Positions 19,202 to 29,247 of a stretch of DNA of 64,000 nucleotides are shown here, piece after piece. A model generated the notes under the pieces. It worked only from the letters and a program-made list of their open reading frames with translations. It made no database searches and was not told the origin of the DNA. Location: NCBI GenBank assembly GCA_963787125.1, contig CAWBBV010000007.1:480001-544000 (forward strand), read 5' to 3'. Position 1 is the first letter of the stretch, and every line of letters starts with the position of its first letter. The stretch comes from an uncultured delta proteobacterium. GTDB lineage: Bacteria; Desulfobacterota; Desulfuromonadia; Geobacterales; DSM-12255. A program made the translations under genes and the position numbers.

Positions 19202-20871
19202 CAACCTCAAAAACAGTGTCCGTAGCTAAAATCGCACTGACTGCAGCCCTGATAAGCCTTTTGGTGTTTTCCCGGGCAGTTTTCTGGGATTTCGTCAATT
19301 ATGACGACCAGCGTTTTGTCATAGATAATCCCGGCATCAGAAATCTTGATATCAATATGATTGTCTCGGCGTTTACCCAGCAGTTTTCCAATGACTACTG
19401 GGCGCCGCTGACCTGGATTTCTTTTGCCATTGATTATCATTATTGGGGTTTAAACCCGGCGGGTTATCATCTGGTGAATATTCTGTTTCATGCCGTCAAT
19501 ACCGGTTTGGTGGTGCTGGTGGCCGACAGGCTGTTCAAGCAGGGCCGATATTTGCGAGAAGAGGACTCAGCAGGCAGTCCTGAAAAGAATGATGGCGGCT
19601 ATCTTTATCCCGCGATGCTCCTTATGACGGGACTTTTGTGGGGGCTGCATCCGCTCAGGGTGGAATCGGTTGCCTGGGTTGCGGAACGCAAGGATGTTCT
19701 CTACGGGATGTTGGCGCTTGGCTCGGTGCTCTGCTATCTGCGGGACGCGAAAACGGTGCAAATTGCGGGCAGCAGTGGAGATAGACGCTACTATCTTTAC
19801 TCACTCGGCCTCTTTCTACTTGCCTTGATGGCCAAACCGACAAGTGTCTTTCTCCCCATGTTGCTGGTGGTGGCAGATTGGTATCCTTTTGAGAGGTTGC
19901 AAAAAGGAAAGTTCGTGCAGGCTTTGCTTGAGAAAGTGCCGTACTTTGTTCTTGCTGCCATGGTGACAGTGTTGACGGTCATTAATATGAGTAAGACAAC
20001 GGTGCCATATTCTTACAGCGAGTTTTCCTTTCTGGAGAGGGTAATTATCTCAGGATACTCGATTTTTGAATTCTGTCGGTTACTGTTTTTTCCGGTCGGG
20101 ATCCATATTTTTAATACCATTGCGGCTATTTTTGCCAACCCGTTCCCTGCTTATGCAAAGACTTTTGTCGTGCTGGCATTCACCTGCTACTGCATCTTCA
20201 CAGGCAGAAAAAAACCGGTAGTAACCGCAGTCTGGTTCGCTTTTATCATCCCTTTGCTGCCGACACTGGCATTTTTTCAAGTCGGTGTGGATGTCACCTA
20301 TTCAACTCGGCACTCCTATCTGGCTACCGTTGTTCCCACGGTCGCTGCGGTAGCTATTCTTGCCCGAATTTACAGGAAAATTCCGGGCAGCGGACAGCGT
20401 TATCAGCAAGTGCTGTTTGTCGCACTGGTGGCTATTTTCATCGGTTTTCATGTCAGTATGACGCAGCATCTTATCAGCTCCTGGAAGAATTCCGGGACAC
20501 TCTGGTCGCGGGTCATTCAATTCAATCCAGTTGGCAGAGCATATCATTACCGGGCGTTATATCTTGCCGACAAGGGTCAGTTTTCTGCAGCCGCGGATGA
20601 TTTCCTGTCGGCGGCGGATGGGGCTGCCGCAGCTGGAAATCCGGAGGCTTTTAACTACTATGCGTATGCCGGTGACGCCTTCAATCGCTCAAGGCGCTAC
20701 GAAGAGGCGGTGACGGCATTCTCGATTGCCATCAAGCTGCACTCCTGGCCCGAATATTACTATCACCGCGGCCTGGCATTAAAAGAGCTGGGGAGAGTGA
20801 ATGAGGCTGCTGAGGATTTTATTATGGCAGGGAATAATAGAGGTGAGGTTGAGTTTCACAAGATGTGGTAG
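19198..20871 (+). CDS. TMTC-like GT-C glycosyltransferase with TPRs
   Basis: NYDD, YHLVN, HPLRVESVAWVAERKD. ATGA overlap with the upstream gene. Confidence 0.75.
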   Translation: MTTSKTVSVAKIALTAALISLLVFSRAVFWDFVNYDDQRFVIDNPGIRNLDINMIVSAFTQQFSNDYWAPLTWISFAIDYHYWGLNPAGYHLVNILFHAVNTGLVVLVADRLFKQGRYLREEDSAGSPEKNDGGYLYPAMLLMTGLLWGLHPLRVESVAWVAERKDVLYGMLALGSVLCYLRDAKTVQIAGSSGDRRYYLYSLGLFLLALMAKPTSVFLPMLLVVADWYPFERLQKGKFVQALLEKVPYFVLAAMVTVLTVINMSKTTVPYSYSEFSFLERVIISGYSIFEFCRLLFFPVGIHIFNTIAAIFANPFPAYAKTFVVLAFTCYCIFTGRKKPVVTAVWFAFIIPLLPTLAFFQVGVDVTYSTRHSYLATVVPTVAAVAILARIYRKIPGSGQRYQQVLFVALVAIFIGFHVSMTQHLISSWKNSGTLWSRVIQFNPVGRAYHYRALYLADKGQFSAAADDFLSAADGAAAAGNPEAFNYYAYAGDAFNRSRRYEEAVTAFSIAIKLHSWPEYYYHRGLALKELGRVNEAAEDFIMAGNNRGEVEFHKMW

Positions 20872-20931
20872 GCCAGTTCGTAGCGACGCAAGATTTTGCG
20901 TTTCTACAGGAGCCTTTTGTGTAGATCCGGA

Positions 20932-21639
20932 TTATAGAGACAGTCTGTGCTTTATCCCGTATTTGAGAATTGCTGCCAGGAATTTCGGCCCATGGATAAG
21001 CGCGTGGGATTTCATTTTACCGCCGGATCTTTCACGTTCATGACTCTCTATTTCACCAACAGCCAAATTCTCTTTCAAGGCGTAATAGATAAGTTCAATC
21101 TCGATTTCAAAATCTTTAGAGCTACAGAGATGTTTCTTGACGACATCTTTTCTGAACGCTTTGAAACCGTTCAAGGCGTCTGTCAGGTAATAGCCGAAAA
21201 ATATCCGGAAGCATTTTGTCAGGAACAGGTTGCCAAATTTCCTTGTCAGTGTGTACTCGTCGCTTTTGCCCAGTTGCCGTGAGCCGACGACAAGGCCGTA
21301 ACCAGACTCTATCTTCTGCAAAAAACTCTGAAACTCCGTTGCTGAGTGGGAAAAATCTGCATCCAGCATGATGATAATCTCACCTGCAGCAGCTTCAAAT
21401 CCCTTTGCCAGCGCCATTCCTTTGCCGGGTCTCTTCTCCGTTACGACGCGTGCCCCTTTTTGCGTGCCGATATCATTGGTTAGGTCGGTGCTGTTGTTAT
21501 CGATGACGATAACTTCAAAGGAGTACTCCCGGAGATTCTGTATTTCGGCGAACACTTCATCGAGAACCTTGGCAAGGGACTCTTCTTCATTGCGGGCCGG
21601 GATGATAACGCTTACCAGTAATTGTCTATCTTTAGGCAT
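20932..21639 (-). CDS. GT2, Dpm1-like polyprenyl-phosphate sugar synthase
   Basis: IIPARNEE, DNNSTD, GKG, LDADFSH, GSR, FEIEIE motifs. Confidence 0.8.
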   Translation of the reverse strand: MPKDRQLLVSVIIPARNEEESLAKVLDEVFAEIQNLREYSFEVIVIDNNSTDLTNDIGTQKGARVVTEKRPGKGMALAKGFEAAAGEIIIMLDADFSHSATEFQSFLQKIESGYGLVVGSRQLGKSDEYTLTRKFGNLFLTKCFRIFFGYYLTDALNGFKAFRKDVVKKHLCSSKDFEIEIELIYYALKENLAVGEIESHERERSGGKMKSHALIHGPKFLAAILKYGIKHRLSL

Positions 21640-21645
21640 GGTTTG

Positions 21646-22689
21646 TCAGTGCCTCTGACTGAGTAGTTCGGTGCTGGTTATGAATTCAACAAGTCTGCCT
21701 ACACCTGTCAGTGGACTGATTTCCGGCTTCCAGCCCAAAGAGCTCAAGGCTTTGCTCGTGTCGGAAATGTAGATTTTTTGATCGGATTGGCGCCAATTAG
21801 AAAAGGTCAGTGGCGCTCTTTTACCTGTAATTTCATGGAGTAAATCAAGCAGTTCAAGGATGCTGACGGAGAATTCACCCCCTCCGCCGATATTAAACAC
21901 GCCATGGCTGATATCGGAAAGAATGAACTTTTCATAGAGATTAACAAGGTCGCTGCTGAAGAGTAGATCCCTGACCTGTTTACCGTCGCCATAAATGTTG
22001 AGGGGGATGTTTTTCAGGGTTGCGTAGGTCAGCCAGGTAACCCAACCCTGGTCTTCGACACCAAACTGTCTGGTGCCGTAGATACAGGACATCCTGAAAA
22101 CAGCCGTTCTAATGCCATAGCAGCGGGCATACTCCTGGCAGTAGATGTCACCGGTGAGTTTGGAGCAGCCATAGGGGGTATGTTCACACAGGTCAATGGG
22201 GAAGCTTTCGCTGATCCCTCTAGTGTAGACGTTTTCAAAGGAGTAGCGGGAAGTGCCTTCCAGGGTCTCAATCTTGTTGACATTCGCGCCATAGACCTTA
22301 TTGGTGGAACAGTAGACAACCGTGCCTACAGCGTTAAGTCGTGCCGCTTCCAGCACATTGAAGGTGCCGATAACATTAGAACTGAAATCATCTGCGGGAT
22401 TCTGCATTGAGGTGGTGACAGCAGTCTGACCGGCAGCGTGAAAGATGATTTGGCACCCTGCGGCAGCTGCCATGACTGCGGCTTTGTCGCGGATATCGGC
22501 GTTCAGATGCTGAATGTTACCATATGCCTTGAGGTGATTCTGGTTGAGGTTCTTGCTTGAAAGCGTCTTCGCAAGCAAGCGACCTCTGCTCAGGTTGTCA
22601 ATTATGACAACCTGGTGGCCTTTCATGGCGTGATATTCGGCAATGTGGCTGCCAATAAACCCCATCCCTCCGGTGACCAGTATTTTCAT
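21646..22689 (-). CDS. NAD-dependent NDP-sugar epimerase, CDP-paratose 2-epimerase (tyvelose epimerase)-like
   Basis: TGGMGFIG, STNKVYG, YGCSK, FRMSCIYG.RQFGVEDQGWV motifs. Confidence 0.8.
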   Translation of the reverse strand: MKILVTGGMGFIGSHIAEYHAMKGHQVVIIDNLSRGRLLAKTLSSKNLNQNHLKAYGNIQHLNADIRDKAAVMAAAAGCQIIFHAAGQTAVTTSMQNPADDFSSNVIGTFNVLEAARLNAVGTVVYCSTNKVYGANVNKIETLEGTSRYSFENVYTRGISESFPIDLCEHTPYGCSKLTGDIYCQEYARCYGIRTAVFRMSCIYGTRQFGVEDQGWVTWLTYATLKNIPLNIYGDGKQVRDLLFSSDLVNLYEKFILSDISHGVFNIGGGGEFSVSILELLDLLHEITGKRAPLTFSNWRQSDQKIYISDTSKALSSLGWKPEISPLTGVGRLVEFITSTELLSQRH

Positions 22690-22788
22690 GTAATTCCTTG
22701 CATTGGATTAATGATCTCAATTTTGCGCATGAAGGTTTTGTCAGCGGATAAGGATACAGCAGGTGAGATGCTTTTCGCAAGTTCTGAT

Positions 22789-22860
22789 CAATATTACAGG
22801 AGTTACGACATGCGGCCATTCAAGCGACTAAACAACGACCAAACTCACGTGCTTTCAAAT
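22789..22860 (+). mobile_element. Remnant of the 5' end (RBS plus first ~17 codons) of a related IS4 transposase
   Basis: Manual alignment to 23477..23549 gives 66/73 identical (6 mismatches, 1 gap). Confidence 0.8.
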
Positions 22861-23352
22861 CAATCACAACAGCTGTAAACCTTAACTACACATTTGAACA
22901 TTGTTGTATCTCAGCAATCATTTCTGTCAAAGCTTGTAAGTTGAGGCTTAATCCTGAGCATCTGCATGAAAAAACCGGGGACAATGAGAAGGTTTCCGAG
23001 GCAGATGAGTACTGTTACAGGGGTGAAATCTCTTGGTGATTTGCTGCACCTGTACCCCTCAATTAAAACAAGTGCGATAAAAGCGGATATAATCGTTCCC
23101 GATACCACTTGTACTCCACGAGAAATCATGCCGAGCGTAAGAAGTGTCATAAGGGTTGCGACTACGGCAAGTGGCTGTAAAAACAGCAAATCCTTGATCC
23201 TCCCCCGCCGTTCTGAGTTGCCAAAAATATGGAGATATACTGCAGTGCCACGGATAATCCTCTGTTTCATAAATCCACTCACTGATCTGTCGTAATGGTA
23301 TACAATTGCAGCTGGTGTGAATCTGATTTTATAGTTATTTTTCAATAATTTT

Positions 23353-24682
23353 CAGTGTCTTCCGGTTAGGTCCTTGCAAAGCTCTTTGAGAAAATAAAAA
23401 GTTGTAAAATCAGTGTGATACCGTATTTCTTACTTGACATTTAGTGAAAAATTCGGGGCGCGCATTCGTAACTATCCAATATTACAGGAGTTACGATATG
23501 CGACCATTCAAGAGGCTGAAACAACGACGAAAATCACGTGCTTTCAAATTGATTCTTGCCCCTGTTTCTGAGAGATTCAAACTAGATAACACACTTGAAT
23601 CCAGGGGGGACCGCCCGTTGCAAATGTCTTTTGATGATCAGCTCAAAGCTCTGATCTATTATCACCTGCAAGAGTATGCCTCAGGAGCGAACTTCTTCAG
23701 GCTTTAGAGCAGGACAACTTTGCCAAGGAGTACATTGCTCCCCCAAAGGGTATCAAGAAAAGCTCTTTCTTTGAGGCAATGAACACCAGGGGGCTTGAGC
23801 AGCTTGCTGAGGTGTTCAGCCACCTTGTCAAGCAAGCAGGTAAGGCGCTCCCAGTTGAATATGCTCACCTTGGCAAACTGATATCCATAGACGGATCACT
23901 GATAGATGCTGTTCTGTCAATGGAATGGGCAGATTACCGAAGCGGTTCAAAAAAAGCCAAGGCTCATATCGGCTTTGATATCAACCGGGGCATCCCCCGG
24001 AAGATATACCTCTCTGACGGCAAAGAAGGTGAACGTCCCTTTGTTGATAAAATCATCGACAAAGGCGAAACCGGTGTCATGGATCGCGGCTATCAGTCTC
24101 ATGACCACTTTGACCAGTGGCAAGCCGCCGAAAAGTTCTTTGTCTGCCGTATTCGGGAGAATACCCATAAAACAGTCATCAGCGAGAATGCCGTCAATCC
24201 TGATAGTATCGTCTTCTACGACAGAGTCGTGCTGCTCGGCACCAAAGGTATAAGTCAGACTGAGAAAGAGCTGCGCCTTGTTGGCTACCGAATAGACGGC
24301 AAGGATTACTGGGTTGCTACCAACCGATACGACCTGACTGCTGAAGAAGTGGCCGAAGTTTACAAGCTGCGCTGGAACATAGAGACCTTCTTCGGCTGGT
24401 GGAAGCGGCATCTCAAGGTGTATCACCTGATTGCCCGAAGCAAATATGGTCTCATGGTGCAACTGCTTGGCGGCCTCATCACCTATCTGCTGCTCGCCAT
24501 CTATTGCCGGGAGCAGCACAACGAACCGGTCAGCATCTCCAGGGTACGAGAACTACGCAATCAAATAGCAAATGAAGCAGCAGCAGAGCTGAAAGAAAGT
24601 ACAAGAAAACATGGCAAGTCAAACAAGATCAGACAGTTAAAGAAAAAGAAACGCCGTGCAAAAACCTAACCGGAAGATGCTG
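23353..24682 (+). mobile_element. IS4-family insertion sequence, 1330 bp
   Basis: TIRs CAGTGTCTTCCGGTTAGGT and CAGCATCTTCCGGTTAGGT (17/19). 9-bp TSD AATAATTTT at 23344-23352 and 24683-24691. Confidence 0.93.
23498..24669 (+). pseudogene. IS4-family DDE transposase with a 1-nt deletion near 23686
   Basis: IDGS, MDRGY and YKLRWNIETFF (YREK) motifs. Adding one base joins EYASG-x-ELLQALEQD to the main ORF (~390 aa). Confidence 0.85.
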
Positions 24683-25241
24683 AATAATTTTGCGCAAAAA
24701 TCAGTATCCTCTCCGGTTTCGAGCAACTCGTTCATCCCCCCCATCTCTATATAAACATCACGTTTGACGACGAGATTGCAAGACGGAAGATTGTCGGCAT
24801 AGCGAGCTGCAGAAGTAGTCGATTTATAGAAAATCCAGAATCCGATCAAAAGCCAACTTTTCTGAGCCATCCCTACCCAGAGTCTTTCCTGAACTTCATC
24901 CGGTGGTGAAATGTTGGGGCCGCCGGCAGCTCCTATTCGATCATCGCGGGAGAAGGTTTTGATAGCCTCTTCCAGCCAGTTATTACAAGGGTATGCATCG
25001 CTGTCGATAAATGCCAGGTAGTTGCGACTCGTTTTCGAGGCCCCGAAATTTCTCCGTTTTGCGATGTTGTTTTCCTGGAAATAGTGAACATCGATGTTTT
25101 CAGCCATTTCAACATCAGCAGGGATATTTTCGTTGAGAATCAGTATGATCTGGGCGTCTGGATACATCGAAGAGCATGTTTCTACGCATCGCCGGGTGAA
25201 TGTTTCCCATCTGAACGAGGGTATGATTATCGCTACGTCTT

Positions 25242-26318
25242 TCATTTTATGTATTGGACAATGTTACGCAGATAGAACGTGCAATCGGAAAGGATGTTGA
25301 CGCTGATCGCGCATTCATATGTACAGGAACATTTTGTAGCTTTCATCCAGCGTCTGGTTTCTTTGGCAGATTCATTCCGCCATAATTTCTTGAGATCGTA
25401 GTCAGCATGACGGAGGTTGCCGAAGGGTCTGTCGAGGATCTCGCATGGATACACCGTCCCGTCGGCAGTGATTACTCCGAAAAGTGACCCGGCCTGACAA
25501 GGGCTGAAAGGTCGGGCTTCTCTCAACTGCGCGGCTACCTGCTCTCTAGACAAAACATTTTTGATGTTGAGAATTCTGCCTCGCATCGAATCTCTGCCGT
25601 ACTCCAGCAGAAGCCCACTTGCAGTATCTTGAGTGATCTTTTCGGAGAGGTTTTTATAGATTCTTGTCATTTCGTCCAATTCATTTAAGGGTACTTTGAA
25701 AACACCTGCACTCCTTGCCATGATGATCTGAATCGCATCGACTTGTTGCTTTGAGATCAAATGGTCGTATAGATCGACTGCATCTCGCCAGTTTTGCGGC
25801 GAAATGGTGACGGATACAATAGGATTGATGAATGGGCGGAAAGCTTTTATGGCAGCGAAAGTAGCAATGCTGTTAGCGAACATGCCATTGACGGAGGTGA
25901 GTAGGTCATGTTTATTGCCGATCTGGTTGATTGACAGGGAAAAGAAGATCGACTTCTCTGGATGTCTGTCATGAATGGTTTCGCAGAATTGCACTATGCG
26001 AGAGGTAAAGAATCCGTTTGTGGAGATGAAGAGACTTTGCGCAGATGAATTCGTTAAGTAGAGGTCAGCTATGTCAGTGATGTCGTTTCTTACAAACGGC
26101 TCGCCACCGGTAATGTTGACATTCATGAGGGTTTGCGGAAGATTTTTTGTTATCAGCGCGATCTCTTGAAGTGATAGCTCCTCAGCGCAACTTGATGAAG
26201 CGCTTAAGTCGACAAAACAAAACGGACATCTGGCATTACAACGCTCGGTGACGAAGTGAACGAGTGTTGCGGGGTGATTTCTCGAAACGAGTAAGTTTGA
26301 TATCTGACTCAACCGCAT
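25242..26318 (-). CDS. Radical SAM enzyme with SPASM/twitch-like C-terminal domain
   Basis: CNARCPFC, TGGEPF, C-terminal CQAG...VYPCE...CSCTYEC. Confidence 0.85.
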   Translation of the reverse strand: MRLSQISNLLVSRNHPATLVHFVTERCNARCPFCFVDLSASSSCAEELSLQEIALITKNLPQTLMNVNITGGEPFVRNDITDIADLYLTNSSAQSLFISTNGFFTSRIVQFCETIHDRHPEKSIFFSLSINQIGNKHDLLTSVNGMFANSIATFAAIKAFRPFINPIVSVTISPQNWRDAVDLYDHLISKQQVDAIQIIMARSAGVFKVPLNELDEMTRIYKNLSEKITQDTASGLLLEYGRDSMRGRILNIKNVLSREQVAAQLREARPFSPCQAGSLFGVITADGTVYPCEILDRPFGNLRHADYDLKKLWRNESAKETRRWMKATKCSCTYECAISVNILSDCTFYLRNIVQYIK

Positions 26319-26408
26319 CCTTACCGCCGTATTCTTGTTTAAATCTTGTGGGTTTTAGAATAACTGACAAATTAGCAAAAAAGTGACTCTAAGCCGTAAC
26401 ATACGAGC

Positions 26409-27098
26409 CTAAAAAAGAAAAAACAGGTATTTTAACAGTGAATAGCCATATCTGAACCAGACCTTGCGAAGTTTGATCTTGGAGGGGCCGACAAATCTTT
26501 TTTGCTCATGAGACGGCACTTCGGCCATTCTATAGCCGCACTTGAGGGTGCGCATAACCATCTCTTGTTCGATGGTGGTTATGTTTTCCTTCAGGTCGAG
26601 TTTGAGGGCGACTTCTCTTTTGATGGCGCGAAAACCGTTCTGGGAGTCGCTCAGTTTAGTCTTGTAACGCCAGTTGATACATTCGGTTATGAACGAACTT
26701 CCTGCCAGGCGCATGAATTCATCAAAACCGCCGAAAAGCTCACTTGAGCCTCCCAGGATGCGCGAGCCGGTAACATGATCGGCCTCCCCGCTGACAATCG
26801 GCTCAATCAACCGGGGGATATCCCCGGGGTCATGTGAGCCGTCGGCGTCAATAAAGACAACTATATCTCCTGTCGCTGCCGTAAGTGACTGTCTTATGGC
26901 AGCTCCTTTGCCTTTGCCGTTATCGGTCAGTACGGTTACGTTCAGGCTGGCAGCGATGGCGGTTGTCCTGTCGGTAGAGCGTCCGTCAACAACCAGAATT
27001 TCATCAGCATAGGGTTTGCAGCGTTCAATCATATACGCAATTGTTTCTTCTTCGTTGAGCGCTGGAATGACAATGGTTATTTTATGATTTTCAGGCAT
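26409..27098 (-). CDS. GT2, Dpm1-like polyprenyl-phosphate sugar synthase
   Basis: VIPALNEE, DGRSTD, GKG, IDADGSHDP, GSR, DSQNGFRA motifs. Confidence 0.8.
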   Translation of the reverse strand: MPENHKITIVIPALNEEETIAYMIERCKPYADEILVVDGRSTDRTTAIAASLNVTVLTDNGKGKGAAIRQSLTAATGDIVVFIDADGSHDPGDIPRLIEPIVSGEADHVTGSRILGGSSELFGGFDEFMRLAGSSFITECINWRYKTKLSDSQNGFRAIKREVALKLDLKENITTIEQEMVMRTLKCGYRMAEVPSHEQKRFVGPSKIKLRKVWFRYGYSLLKYLFFLF

Positions 27099-27110
27099 TT
27101 TCAGTCCGTT

Positions 27111-29078
27111 TTAGTGCTCATCGTTTACAATCGTGTTGAGATTTTCCAGGAGTTCCGGGTCGCGTGGATGATGGCGCAGAGCCTGGCGCAGGTACTTTTC
27201 AGCAGTGTTGCGATCATTACGAAAAAGTGCCAATTGGGCGATAGTTGTCAGTGTCAGGCGGGAATCGGGTTTATAGCCGAGGACCCGCGTGAAATGCTTT
27301 TCCGCATCAGCATAATTGCCGGATTGCATTTCAAACTGGCCAAGGCTGATGAGAAGTTCGCTATTCTCCCATTGTCTGACTGCTTTTTCAAGTAACTTGA
27401 GCCGTAACTCCGGTAATTGGCCGGTTTTCTCAAGGAAAAAATTGATATTCTCTGCCTGGGCAAAGTTGGCACTAATGTCAACAAGACTGATTAATGCGTT
27501 TTTATCTATTGCCGGAGGTAAATTGTTTTGGTCAACGCGTAACCAGAATGACGCTGCGTAATCCAGGTACACAAGCCGCCAGGAAGGATCTGCCGCCAGT
27601 AGCGGCAAAAGGCCGGCTGCCTCCTTGTCATCCGGCTGGTTGCCAAGCAGAATGCCGCGGAAAGCGAAGCGTTGTTCCAGGGCATGCCAAGTGGCAGGAT
27701 TTTGGGAGGCGTTGACTACCGCTTCATTGACGGCTATTACGCTGTGCGGATCATAATCCTGCAGGCGGGAATCGTAAAAAGGGATACGATCAGGATAACC
27801 GTGATATCCATAAAAGCCCCCCTGTTCCATGCTGTTGAAAATCGGCCCGGAAAAACCGATGCTGCCGAGAAACTCCGGTAGTTTCAGCGGGACATAGTCG
27901 GCGGACAGGCCAAGGCCGAAGCGGTAAGTTGCCCAGGTTTTCAGATAGTGAAAGGCCGGACGTGGTGACCAGATTGTTGCGGCAACAGCCATGGCAACGA
28001 TAATTACTGCGTAACAGATGTGGCGAATCCGGATTCTGGCAAGTATTGACAGGTTTTCGGCTATGAGCGGGGCTGCGATCATGGCAAAAATAGGCATGTT
28101 TTTCATGCCGGTCATGGAGGCTGCCAGCAGGCAAAAACCGATCAGTGTGCGTGCTATCGGCAACTGCTGGCGGCGATACAGGATAACTGCCAGACAGCTT
28201 ACGGCAAAAGCAACGATCAGGAAGAAATAAAACCAGAACGGCAGCAGTGTCCGGCTGATTTCGCCCAGTGCCGCTGCCATCTCGTAGGTTGAATTAGATA
28301 GTTTGGGCACCAGGGGGTTGGATTCGACAAAAAGGCGCCAGGCGTAGCGGAGATTTTCCGGACCATACGGGGAGACTATGCAGGCAGCAGCTGTTATGCC
28401 GGTGAGGATTCCGAGAGGTTTAGCCCCCTTGTACCCCCTGTCTGTCAACCCTTTGAGCAGTGCTTCCGCAAGGTAACAGCCAGCCAGGACCGGACCGATG
28501 ACAAAGATGCCATGGGAGTTGGTCCAGAGAACCTGCAAAATAAAGAAAATGGCCATCTCTGCCAAAGAATGGTATTTGCCCTGCTGCAGGCGATAGTAAT
28601 AGAGTGCGATCATTAACGTTGAGATAATCTCCGGGCGGAGCGAGAAGCGTTCCGAACTGGCAATGACGGTCGCCAGAAGCAGCAACCACGCAGTAACCGG
28701 GGAGGCCCAGGCCCGGGTGGAGCGGAAAACCAAATAAAGTGTCAGGCTCAGGATAGCAAGCTGGAGGAGGTGAAGCCACCAGGCCCCTGCCAGTGGGTAG
28801 CCTGCGGCAGCCGTAGTTTGAAAAAACCAGAGAAATGACTTGACCGGTTGACCAAGATTGAGAAGACTGAGCTGGTCTGTCGCCGGGAGAGACCAGGTCG
28901 CCAGGATCACTTTGCCGACCGCCAGGTGAAACCACATGTCAGAGTCGGAGATACGGCGCACCAGGAAAAAGGCAATGATGGGAATAAACAGTAACGCAGG
29001 ATAAAAATTTATTCCTTTATAGCGGGAATCCTTGCTGTTGCTATCCTGATGGCTGGTTCGAAACAAATTTCTGAGCAT
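27111..29078 (-). CDS. GT-C-like polytopic membrane protein with periplasmic domain and C-terminal TPRs
   Basis: DSDMWFHLAVG first-loop motif, LRPE, LWTNSHG. About 11 TMs and a TPR tail. Confidence 0.65.
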   Translation of the reverse strand: MLRNLFRTSHQDSNSKDSRYKGINFYPALLFIPIIAFFLVRRISDSDMWFHLAVGKVILATWSLPATDQLSLLNLGQPVKSFLWFFQTTAAAGYPLAGAWWLHLLQLAILSLTLYLVFRSTRAWASPVTAWLLLLATVIASSERFSLRPEIISTLMIALYYYRLQQGKYHSLAEMAIFFILQVLWTNSHGIFVIGPVLAGCYLAEALLKGLTDRGYKGAKPLGILTGITAAACIVSPYGPENLRYAWRLFVESNPLVPKLSNSTYEMAAALGEISRTLLPFWFYFFLIVAFAVSCLAVILYRRQQLPIARTLIGFCLLAASMTGMKNMPIFAMIAAPLIAENLSILARIRIRHICYAVIIVAMAVAATIWSPRPAFHYLKTWATYRFGLGLSADYVPLKLPEFLGSIGFSGPIFNSMEQGGFYGYHGYPDRIPFYDSRLQDYDPHSVIAVNEAVVNASQNPATWHALEQRFAFRGILLGNQPDDKEAAGLLPLLAADPSWRLVYLDYAASFWLRVDQNNLPPAIDKNALISLVDISANFAQAENINFFLEKTGQLPELRLKLLEKAVRQWENSELLISLGQFEMQSGNYADAEKHFTRVLGYKPDSRLTLTTIAQLALFRNDRNTAEKYLRQALRHHPRDPELLENLNTIVNDEH

Positions 29079-29155
29079 GTTTAGTCAGTTCCGAAAGTGG
29101 GCCCTGATCATAAGGTTAATAGCATGTATTGGAGAAAGGGCCTCAACGCGCGCTA

Positions 29156-29184
29156 AGTCTACCTTTCCTTTGGGTGGGCGTCAA
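29156..29184 (-). promoter_or_regulatory. Putative sigma70 promoter of the 29078->20932 operon
   Basis: TTGACG-N17-TAGACT. Confidence 0.6.
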
Positions 29185-29247
29185 GAGCGGAAACGGGAGA
29201 TAGGCAATGAATCGTCCTTTGATACTGTGGCAATAGCATCTTCATGC

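Larger units (their letters stand above)
22911..25245 (-). pseudogene. GT2 glycosyltransferase with C-terminal TM helices, disrupted by IS insertion
   Basis: Removing the IS and one TSD copy restores the in-frame ...GEDTDFCAKLLKNNYKIRFTPAAIVYH... (996 nt, 331 aa). FIDSDA motif. Confidence 0.9.

Noticed and set aside
22861..22910. Possible degenerate IS right end (AAACCTTAAC...) making the 22789 fragment a MITE
   Set aside because: Similarity to the real TIR is too short, and no matching left TIR or TSD was found.
23670..23710. Programmed ribosomal frameshift in the transposase
   Set aside because: No slippery heptamer at the site, and IS4-family transposases are normally single ORFs. A 1-nt deletion or sequencing error is simpler.
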